Source: a virus (lineage: Duplodnaviria; Caudoviricetes). From it: 62,960 nucleotides of DNA. The position numbers and the translations under genes were made by a program. The DNA lies in the IMG/VR virus record IMGVR_UViG_3300036861_000645, positions 1-62,960 of that record; one strand, 5' to 3'. Below are positions 18,235 to 25,677 of the stretch, one piece after another (within the stretch, counting starts at the first letter, position 1; each line of letters starts with the position of its first letter). The notes under the pieces are model-generated. The model was not told where the DNA came from. It did not search any database and saw nothing but the letters and a program-made list of their open reading frames with translations.

Positions 18235-18555
18235 ATGCCCGTCGACACGAGCCCTGAGCCCTTCAACGCCTCCGACCCCGAACAGGTCAAAAAGCAGAAG
18301 CTCAAGGCGGAGATCCGGGACGACAAGCGCCGCGCCGTTCTGCAGGGGCTCCTTGCCTTTCAGGATGGCCGGGATTGGATCTGGGGATTGTTGGAAGCCA
18401 CAAACGTGTTCGCACTGAGCTTCGTCCAAGGTGACCCCTACGCCACCGCCTTCCGGGAGGGCGAGCGCAACCGTGGTCTGGCGCTGTTGCACGAGATCGT
18501 CCGCACCGACCCCGAATCCTTCACACTCATGATGCAGGAGCACAGCAATGGCTGA
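18235..18555 (+). CDS. Bbp19-like head protein
   Basis: GRDWIWGLL...TAFREGERNRGL; upstream of scaffold. Confidence 0.75.
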   Translation: MPVDTSPEPFNASDPEQVKKQKLKAEIRDDKRRAVLQGLLAFQDGRDWIWGLLEATNVFALSFVQGDPYATAFREGERNRGLALLHEIVRTDPESFTLMMQEHSNG

Positions 18556-19360
18556 TGAGCCCGCTCCCGTCGCCCCAGTCGCCGCGCCCGCCCCTGTAGC
18601 GGTGCCGGCCGAGGTTTCACCAGCTGTCAGCACGCCCGTGCCCGCAGCTGTCACTCCGCAGGCGAGCGAGCCTCAAGCGCCCGCTCTGCCTGCGGCTTCT
18701 TCTTCCGAGCCCGCTCCGGCGGCTCCTGAGGCGCCCGCCGAACCGGCCCCGCCCGTCGAGCCCGCGCTCAAGACCTCACTCCTCAGCGAGACCGACAAGC
18801 CACCCGTCGACGGCACGCCCGATGAGCCCGAGGCCAAGCCGGAGGCCGCACCCGAGCTGCCGCCGATCACCTATGAGGCGTTCAAGCTCCCCGATGGCGT
18901 GAAATTCGATGACGCCGAGGTGGGGAAATACACCACCATCCTCGGCAAATATCAGGTCCCGCAAGAGGCCGCGCAGCAGCTCATGGATCTCTATGTCCAG
19001 GAGCATCAGCGCAGCCAGACGCTCAACCAGGAGACCTGGAACCGGACGCGCGAGAACTGGATCAACGCGTTCAAGAGCGATGACGAGATCGGCGGCAACC
19101 GGGTCAACACGACGCTCGGCCGCTGCCGCGCTGTGATCGACCGCTATGCCGGCGTCGCCGGTCCGGAGCGCGCCCAGACCTTGCGCGATGTCTTTTCCGC
19201 CACGGGGGCCGGCGATCACCCCGAGGTCATTCGCTTCATCAACTGGATCGCCGGGCGCACGACCGAGCAAGCCCGTGTCGTGCCGGCCACTGTGCCCAAG
19301 GCCCCCCAACCGGGCAGCCGCGCGACACGCCGTTATCAAAACACGAATGGAGCTGCCTGA
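18548..19360 (+). CDS. Capsid scaffolding protein
   Basis: Pro/Ala-rich N-terminus; YEAFKLPDG, QEAAQQL, DDEIGG, GAGDHPEVIRF; directly before MCP. Confidence 0.8.
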   Translation: MADEPAPVAPVAAPAPVAVPAEVSPAVSTPVPAAVTPQASEPQAPALPAASSSEPAPAAPEAPAEPAPPVEPALKTSLLSETDKPPVDGTPDEPEAKPEAAPELPPITYEAFKLPDGVKFDDAEVGKYTTILGKYQVPQEAAQQLMDLYVQEHQRSQTLNQETWNRTRENWINAFKSDDEIGGNRVNTTLGRCRAVIDRYAGVAGPERAQTLRDVFSATGAGDHPEVIRFINWIAGRTTEQARVVPATVPKAPQPGSRATRRYQNTNGAA

Positions 19361-20397
19361 TGGCCTATCTGAGCCTGCTTGACGTCACCCGCCGCATGGA
19401 TCCGGATGGCACCGTGGCCGAAGTGGCCGAGCTCCTGTCTCAATGCAACGAGATCTTCAAGGACATGCTGTGGCGGGAATCGAACCTCCCGACCGGGCAC
19501 AAGTCCACGGTCCGCACCGGCCTGCCCCAGGGCACGTTCCGCGCGGCCTATGGCGGCGTCGCCTACACGAAGTCGCGTTCGGCCCAGTTCACCGATTCTC
19601 TCGGCTGGCTCGCCGCCTACAGCCAGATCGACAAGAAAGTCGCCGAGCTGAATGGTCAGGTCGCCGAGCTCCGCATGGAAGAGGACAACGCCCATCTCGA
19701 GGGTCTCTCCCAGCAGATGGCGCAGACCTTCATCTACGGCAATTCCGCGACGCAGCCGAACCAGTTCACGGGCTTCGCGCCGCGCTTCAACACGCTCTCG
19801 ACGGCGACCGCCGCCAATGCCCAGAACTGCATCGGCGCAGGCGGTCTCGGCTCGTCCAACGCCTCGATTTGGCTCGTTGGCTGGGGCGACAACACCTGCT
19901 TCGGCATCTATCCCAAGGGCTCCAAGGCCGGCCTCGTCTTCGAGGACCGCGGCGATGTCGTCCCGGGCTATGATGCGAGCGGCAATCCCTTCCCCGCCTA
20001 CACGTCGTATTTCGAGTGGAACGCCGGCCTCGTCACCAAGGATTGGCGCTACATCGTCCGCATCTGCAACATCGACACGACCTCCGCCGGGCTCGCCGGC
20101 ACCACGCCCCCCGATCTCTTCTACTACATGTCGAAGTCGGTCGTGCGCCTGCCCACCATGACCAAGCGCCAATCCGGCATCACCGAGACCGACGCGCCGA
20201 ACGAGCCCGCGCCCGGGATCAATCCGGCGTTCTATTGCAACAGGACAGTCAGGGAATTCCTTGACATACAGGCTATTCGGGATAAAAATGTTCTGTTAAA
20301 GCCGACTGAGTATGCTGGCGAACCAGTAGTCGAATTCCGCGGAATTCCTATCAGAGTTATGGATTCCCTCCTCAGCACTGAAGCGACGATCTCGTAA
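19360..20397 (+). CDS. Major capsid protein (BPP-1-like)
   Basis: ELLSQCNEI, VRTGLP, GIYPKGSKAGL, DWRYIVRICNID, FRGIPIR. Confidence 0.92.
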   Translation: MAYLSLLDVTRRMDPDGTVAEVAELLSQCNEIFKDMLWRESNLPTGHKSTVRTGLPQGTFRAAYGGVAYTKSRSAQFTDSLGWLAAYSQIDKKVAELNGQVAELRMEEDNAHLEGLSQQMAQTFIYGNSATQPNQFTGFAPRFNTLSTATAANAQNCIGAGGLGSSNASIWLVGWGDNTCFGIYPKGSKAGLVFEDRGDVVPGYDASGNPFPAYTSYFEWNAGLVTKDWRYIVRICNIDTTSAGLAGTTPPDLFYYMSKSVVRLPTMTKRQSGITETDAPNEPAPGINPAFYCNRTVREFLDIQAIRDKNVLLKPTEYAGEPVVEFRGIPIRVMDSLLSTEATIS

Positions 20398-20425
20398 CAC
20401 ACGAAGGTAACACATCTTATTATGC

Positions 20426-20454
20426 TTGCTCTGCCGCGCCAAAACATGTATAAC
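20426..20454 (+). promoter_or_regulatory. Sigma70-like promoter for HNH gene
   Basis: TTGCTC-N17-TATAAC. Confidence 0.55.
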
Positions 20455-20505
20455 CAAGCTGCCTCAGAAGAGGCGGTTCTGGCGATACATGTTCTGGAGA
20501 GCGAT

Positions 20506-21282
20506 ATGGGTAGGCCCCCGATCTACACGGAAGCAGAGCGGCGCGAGAAGCGTCGGATCAAACAGGCGAAATGGCGCGCCGAAAATCTTGAGCGCGCGCG
20601 CGAGATTACGCGTCTATCTGAAGAGCGCCGCCGCCACGCTGTGGCAATTGCGGAGGGGCGTGATCCTCGTAAGCCTGGAGTTGCTCGGCGATTCACCGAA
20701 GAGGAAAAGCGCGCGAAACGGCTCGCAAAATCCAAGGCGTACTATCACGCTCATCGCGACGAGTTGAAAGCTAAGCGTGATGCGGGGAAGCTGGGAGCGA
20801 CTGCTGTTGCCAAATCAGATCTCTCACCGGATGAATTGGCGCGGCGCGCGAAAGCTAACGAAAAAGTGAAACGCTGGCGGACCGCTAATCCTGAACGTGC
20901 CAAGGAGATCACGCGTAAGTCCGAGCGGAATCGTCGAGAGCGTCAAGCCGCTGCTGAGGGCCGCACTCTTAGGCAGTGGGGCAATCCGCTTCCTGAAGCA
21001 GATCGCCTCCTCCGTGATCGCGCCATCAGCGCTACGCGCCGCACACGCATTCGCGGCAATGGCGGAAAGTTCACGCGTCATGACATCGCCGAAATGCGCG
21101 CGACACAAAAGGGCATCTGCCCCGTCTGTTCGATCGCGCTTGGTGATGAAGTGCATGTCGACCATTGGGTTCCGGTTGTCCTCGGTGGCTCCAGCGACCC
21201 AGGCAATCTTCGCCTGCTACACCCTGCTTGTAACCTGAAGAAGGGTGCGCGGCACCCGAACGAACTGGGCTTGCCCGGATAG
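20506..21282 (+). CDS. HNH endonuclease with duplicated basic helical N-terminal repeat
   Basis: GGAG RBS; CPVC...HVDHWVPVVLGG...NLRLLHPACNLKK; WRAENLERAREITR / WRTANPERAKEITR. Confidence 0.85.
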   Translation: MGRPPIYTEAERREKRRIKQAKWRAENLERAREITRLSEERRRHAVAIAEGRDPRKPGVARRFTEEEKRAKRLAKSKAYYHAHRDELKAKRDAGKLGATAVAKSDLSPDELARRAKANEKVKRWRTANPERAKEITRKSERNRRERQAAAEGRTLRQWGNPLPEADRLLRDRAISATRRTRIRGNGGKFTRHDIAEMRATQKGICPVCSIALGDEVHVDHWVPVVLGGSSDPGNLRLLHPACNLKKGARHPNELGLPG

Positions 21283-21298
21283 CCGATAGGAGGCTCTT

Positions 21299-21805
21299 TT
21301 GCTGCTCGATTTAAACCTCTTGTTCTACCATACCGGGGCATCTTTTGCCTTCACGGCGGGCGAATATGTCAGCCTCTCTGGTCTCGGCACCGCCTCGGCC
21401 TGCGCGTCTGCGGTGATCAATCTCGGCGTCCCCGAGGACATGGGCATCGGCGATGGCGAGTTCATCCCGCACATCATGCTCTCGGTCGGCACGGGCATCA
21501 CCTCGGCCTGCGCCAGCACCACGATCAACGCGGCGTTCCAGGGCTCGACGGATTCCTCGAACTGGACGACCTACATCGAGAGCGGGCCGCGGACCACGGC
21601 GAGCCTCACCGCGAACACGCAGTTCTTGCCCCAGGCGGTGCCGCGGCGTCCCGGCGGTTTCCCGCTCCCGCAGTATTATCGCGTGCTGCTCATGGTCGCC
21701 GGGGTCGGAGGTGCGGAGGTGATCTCGGCCGGTTCGATCATCGGTGGGATCGTGATCCAGCGTCAGGATGACGCGCTTTATCCCGCAGGCTACGTCGTCT
21801 CGTAA
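21299..21805 (+). CDS. Bbp16-like capsid cement protein
   Basis: AGGAGG + TTG; MLLD..., INLG...DMGIG, QGSTD, YYR, YPAGY. Confidence 0.75.
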   Translation: MLLDLNLLFYHTGASFAFTAGEYVSLSGLGTASACASAVINLGVPEDMGIGDGEFIPHIMLSVGTGITSACASTTINAAFQGSTDSSNWTTYIESGPRTTASLTANTQFLPQAVPRRPGGFPLPQYYRVLLMVAGVGGAEVISAGSIIGGIVIQRQDDALYPAGYVVS

Positions 21806-21814
21806 GGAGAGATC

Positions 21815-22453
21815 ATGTCGGACACCGAAAACACGAACGCGCATGTCCTGCAGGATCCTGAGATCTTGCGGCGCGAGAATGACGAGCTGCGGGCGCGCCT
21901 CAAGGCGCTCGAGGGTGACCGCGTCGTCCATCCGGAGTTCCCGGTGGGCGATCTGCCGCTCTACCGGCTCAATACGACCTGCTTCCTCGATGACGACACG
22001 CTGCACCCCGAGGGCGAGGAGCTTCGGTATAATGGCACCCCGAATTTCGAGATGGTGCCGCTGAACGACGCCGCGCGCGCCCGGATGCAGAAATTCATCG
22101 ACGAGCAGACCGATTGCGCGCGCCGGCGTGCCGAATCCAGCGGGCGGGAATTCCGTGGGCTCATCACGGACAATGGCACCATCATCGCGCAGGCCATGCA
22201 GGACGAGCGCCAGGCCGAGCGTAAGGGCACCTTCACGCCGCTGATCGCAATGCCCGTCGACAAGGAAGACGTTCCCACGATGGGCAACACCGAGACGGCG
22301 AGCCAGGCGCGCCGCCGCGGCCGGCCGCCCAAGAAGCACATGGTCGAGACCGTGAAGGCGGCGCCGGATCGCACGGGCCCGCCCGTTCCCACCGCACCCT
22401 CCGTCATTCTCGGCCGCAATTACGATCGCACCGCGACCGATACCAGCCTCTAG
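21815..22453 (+). CDS. Hypothetical head-region protein
   Basis: AAGGAG RBS, GC3-rich codons. Confidence 0.7.
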   Translation: MSDTENTNAHVLQDPEILRRENDELRARLKALEGDRVVHPEFPVGDLPLYRLNTTCFLDDDTLHPEGEELRYNGTPNFEMVPLNDAARARMQKFIDEQTDCARRRAESSGREFRGLITDNGTIIAQAMQDERQAERKGTFTPLIAMPVDKEDVPTMGNTETASQARRRGRPPKKHMVETVKAAPDRTGPPVPTAPSVILGRNYDRTATDTSL

Positions 22454-22461
22454 AGGGATGA

Positions 22462-22941
22462 ATGAGCCTCGTCGGCAATGAAGAGCTGTATGTCGTTCCG
22501 CCTCAGGCGAACGGCCTTCCTGGTGTGCTGCAAAAGCGGACCACGGCGGCGGAAATCGGCGCCCTGGTCCCGCCCTCGCAATTCGCGAGCGCCACGAACA
22601 CGACGGGATTCACGGCAACGGGCGCCCAAGTCGCCGGCGCCGCGTTCTGTGTTCTCCGGCTGACCGGCACGCTCGGGGCCGGCGCCGCGCTGACCTTGCC
22701 GCTGCCGGTGGATATCGTCGCGGCCATCCCGAATGCGGTGGCGGGGCAGACCTACATGCTCCGGATCATCAATGAGAGCTCGGCGAATTTCGCGTGGACG
22801 GTAACCGCGAATGGCGGCTCGACGCTGGGCGGCGGCGGCGTCGCGACCATTGCGCAGAACACGTGGCGGGATTATCAGGTGACTCTGACGAGCCTCACGG
22901 CGGTGGTGTTCAACAACATCGGCACGGGTTCGTGGTCCTAG
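22462..22941 (+). CDS. Putative capsid decoration / minor structural protein
   Basis: Thr/Gly/Ala-rich, ALTLP motif, position. Confidence 0.55.
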   Translation: MSLVGNEELYVVPPQANGLPGVLQKRTTAAEIGALVPPSQFASATNTTGFTATGAQVAGAAFCVLRLTGTLGAGAALTLPLPVDIVAAIPNAVAGQTYMLRIINESSANFAWTVTANGGSTLGGGGVATIAQNTWRDYQVTLTSLTAVVFNNIGTGSWS

Positions 22942-22951
22942 GAGAACGCAG

Positions 22952-23131
22952 CTGCCTCCCCAGAGTCAAAGCCAAAGGCGTCTGATGTACGCGGCGGCGT
23001 CCAAGAAGGGCGGCGCGGGCGGCGTCTCGCAAGCCGTGGCCAAGGAGTTCGTGAAGGCCGATCCCGGTGGTAAGCTGCCGGAGCACAAGGGCAAGGGCCG
23101 CTATGGTCAGAAGGCGGTGAAGCGTGGCTGA
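22952..23131 (+). CDS. Small basic protein with CTG start
   Basis: GGAG RBS then CTG; (M)PPQSQSQRRLMYAAA...SQAVAKEFVKAD. Confidence 0.6.
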   Translation: MPPQSQSQRRLMYAAASKKGGAGGVSQAVAKEFVKADPGGKLPEHKGKGRYGQKAVKRG

Positions 23132-23297
23132 GAAAAAGAAGAAGAAATGGATCAAGTCATCGACGGCGGGCCAGAGTGGCGGCATGGAGCGGCCCGGCCC
23201 CAGCGGCGCTTCGATCAAGCCGCACGCCGCGGCGATGAGCCCGCATCAGGTCCGCGCGGCCAAGCGCTACAGCGCGAAATCAGTCAAGAGAGGGTGA
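23124..23297 (+). CDS. Small basic protein
   Basis: GTG start; (M)AEKKKKWIKS...AKRYSAKSVKRG. Confidence 0.55.
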   Translation: MAEKKKKKWIKSSTAGQSGGMERPGPSGASIKPHAAAMSPHQVRAAKRYSAKSVKRG

Positions 23298-23298
23298 C

Positions 23299-23676
23299 AT
23301 GGCCGAAGCCGCGCACAAAGAGAGCAAAGGGTCCCGCCGGTACGGCAAGGGCCCAAAGATCACCGAGGAGCATGAGGTCGGCATCACCGATCACGGCCAG
23401 GCCCTGAAGAAGGGCGAGGGTGGCCATGGCGACGCTGGAACGCGTGGCGCATCCAAGTCCGAGAGCAAGACCGACGCCAAAGGCGAGCCCGAGAAGAAAG
23501 AGCCGCCGCCCGAAGGCAGCGTTGCCGCCGGTGACGAGGCCGTGCCCGTCGAGGGACAGAAGTCGTCTGAGTTCGATGAGATGATGGATCGTCACGAGAG
23601 CGAGCGCAAAGACATGTTCAAGCGGCATCGCAAAGAGATGAAGAAGCACCTCGCGTCTGCGGACGAGGAGGAGTGA
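23299..23676 (+). CDS. Charged low-complexity protein
   Basis: RBS and ORF. Confidence 0.65.
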   Translation: MAEAAHKESKGSRRYGKGPKITEEHEVGITDHGQALKKGEGGHGDAGTRGASKSESKTDAKGEPEKKEPPPEGSVAAGDEAVPVEGQKSSEFDEMMDRHESERKDMFKRHRKEMKKHLASADEEE

Positions 23677-23677
23677 T

Positions 23678-23998
23678 ATGCTCAAGCTCATCGATATGCG
23701 TCGGACCCCGGAGGACAAGGCCGAATCCGTCCTCGAGTCGATGCCCATGGCGGGTCCGATCAATGTCGATGACTATCCGCCCGGCCTCTCGATCTCGCTG
23801 ACCGAGGACGAGCTGGAGAAGCTCGATCTCGACGACGATGTTGACGTCGGCGACATGATCGACCTGCGCGCCTTCGCCAAGGTCACGAGCGTGTCCAAGC
23901 ATGAGCGCAACGGCAAAACCTCCTGCCGTGTGGAGCTTCAGCTCACGATGCTCGGGTTCGAGAACGAAACCACGGAAGAGCCCGGGGAGGGATACTGA
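23678..23998 (+). CDS. Conserved podovirus head-region protein
   Basis: YPPGLSISL...LEKL...AKVTSVS...VELQLT. Confidence 0.7.
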   Translation: MLKLIDMRRTPEDKAESVLESMPMAGPINVDDYPPGLSISLTEDELEKLDLDDDVDVGDMIDLRAFAKVTSVSKHERNGKTSCRVELQLTMLGFENETTEEPGEGY

Positions 23999-24345
23999 TG
24001 CCTCGCTATCTCATCACCCAGCGCAGCTATCTGGGCGGCCGGATTGTCCAGAAGGGCGAGACCGTGGAGCTTGCGGCGGACGTCATTCCGGGTGAGCACA
24101 TGATCCCGCTGGATGCCCCTCCGCCTCTGCCGGCCCCACCCGCCGGATCGAACGTATCTGCGGCGCCGATCGCTGGCATAGGCCTTGCGGCGCCGCCCCC
24201 GGCGTTCGCGACGAGCCCGGACGCGCCGGGCGAGAGCTCCGCCGAGCGCTATCTCAAGTCAGCCCGCGAATTGCGTGAGGCGGCTCAGGCGGCCGCCGCG
24301 CAGGTTCCTGGCGCAAACGTCCTGGGGCCCCCTAAGACGGAGTAG
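23998..24345 (+). CDS. Hypothetical protein
   Basis: MPRYLITQRSYLGGRIVQKGE. Confidence 0.6.
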   Translation: MPRYLITQRSYLGGRIVQKGETVELAADVIPGEHMIPLDAPPPLPAPPAGSNVSAAPIAGIGLAAPPPAFATSPDAPGESSAERYLKSARELREAAQAAAAQVPGANVLGPPKTE

Positions 24346-24355
24346 GGGGCCATAA

Positions 24356-25150
24356 ATGGACAGTGTATCTGTCGTAAATCTGGCCCTGCTCGAGATGGGC
24401 AACCGGGTCCAGATCAACAGCTTCAATGATGCGAGCCCCACGGCGCAGGCCGCAAGGCTCCTGTTTCAGCCTAAAATTTCTATGCTCGCTCGGTCCGCAC
24501 CGTGGGGCTCATGGCGTGGCCAGATCACGCTGACCCAACTCAAGGCCGCCCTCATCAACGGCACGCTCTCGAGTGATCCGCCGCCGCAGCCATGGCAGTT
24601 CGAGTACGCGTGGCCCCCGGACTGCCTCTATGCCCGCTTCGTCATGCCGACGATGAACTCGGGGTTTGGCAGCGGGCCGCCGCTCACTACGGCGCCGAAT
24701 ATCAATTATCCGCAAGGGACACCGCCCACGGCCTGCCCCTTCGTCACGGCGACGGATTTCGATTCGACGGGCAATTCCAACCGCGTGATCCTGACGAATG
24801 TGCCCCAGGCCCAGCTCGTCTACACCCGCGACCTCGTGCACCTGCCCGATCTCTGGGACCCGATGTTCCTGGCGGCGGCGACCGCGACGCTGGCATCGTT
24901 CTTCATCGCGGCGCTCGCCAACGACAAGGCGAAGCTGAACCAGCAGCTCGGCATCGCCCGATCGATGATAGAACAAGCAAGAATGATGTCGGCCGAAGAA
25001 GGCATCTCCTCGATCGACACCACGGCCGAATGGATCCGTGCACGGAGGATGTCGTCCGTCCCCTGGCTCTTGTCGCAGGGCGGTGGGCCGAATGGTGTGG
25101 TATACTCTGCATACGATCAATTTTTGGGACCCGAGGGCATTTCGTTTTGA
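24356..25150 (+). CDS. Tail tubular protein A / adaptor (T7 gp11-like)
   Basis: VNLALLEMG, YAWPPDCL, ILTNV, WDPMF; position. Confidence 0.85.
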   Translation: MDSVSVVNLALLEMGNRVQINSFNDASPTAQAARLLFQPKISMLARSAPWGSWRGQITLTQLKAALINGTLSSDPPPQPWQFEYAWPPDCLYARFVMPTMNSGFGSGPPLTTAPNINYPQGTPPTACPFVTATDFDSTGNSNRVILTNVPQAQLVYTRDLVHLPDLWDPMFLAAATATLASFFIAALANDKAKLNQQLGIARSMIEQARMMSAEEGISSIDTTAEWIRARRMSSVPWLLSQGGGPNGVVYSAYDQFLGPEGISF

Positions 25151-25674
25151 AGAAATTCAAACCACTGCCAACACAAAAACGATTGCGTGAGCTTCTGGAT
25201 TACAATCCAGAAACTGGGGTCTTCATTTGGAAGAAAAGGGCAGGAACATCTTCTGAAATTTCACGATGGAATACACGCTACTCCGGAAAGTTAACTGGTA
25301 ATGTAACCCCACAAGGGTATGTAGTGATTCGGATCTACGGGGAGTGGTATCCAGCTAGTCGCCTTGCGTGGGTGTATATGCATGGAGCGATAAAGGGAAA
25401 TTATTGTATTGATCATATTAATCTAAACAAATCTGATAATAGGATTTGCAACTTGCGGCTCGCGACACGCGGGCAAAACTTGTCAAATCAAGCAAAGCGT
25501 AAATCAAAAACCCTATCAAAGGGAGTGACAGCCAATGAATCAGGATTTGTCTCTAGAATTGGGCTTGATGGGAAAGTATTATACCTTGGAATATACAAGA
25601 CGGAAAAAGAGGCTCATGCTGCTTATGTAGAGGCGGCGAGGAAGTATCGACGTGAATTTGCAAGATTTGAATGA
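25147..25674 (+). CDS. HNH-AP2 homing endonuclease
   Basis: TTG overlapping upstream stop; LDYNPETGVFIW, IDHINLNKSDNRICNLR, YLGIYKT..EAHAAY; AT-rich. Confidence 0.9.
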   Translation: MKKFKPLPTQKRLRELLDYNPETGVFIWKKRAGTSSEISRWNTRYSGKLTGNVTPQGYVVIRIYGEWYPASRLAWVYMHGAIKGNYCIDHINLNKSDNRICNLRLATRGQNLSNQAKRKSKTLSKGVTANESGFVSRIGLDGKVLYLGIYKTEKEAHAAYVEAARKYRREFARFE

Positions 25675-25677
25675 GCC

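Noticed and set aside
24592-25146. N-terminal extension of the 360-aa HNH ORF
   Set aside because: Overlaps tubular protein A; recognisable HNH sequence starts at TTG 25147
14469-25674. Group I introns or inteins around the HNH genes
   Set aside because: Flanking genes are intact, with little or no non-coding room for a ribozyme core and no intein splice motifs noticed
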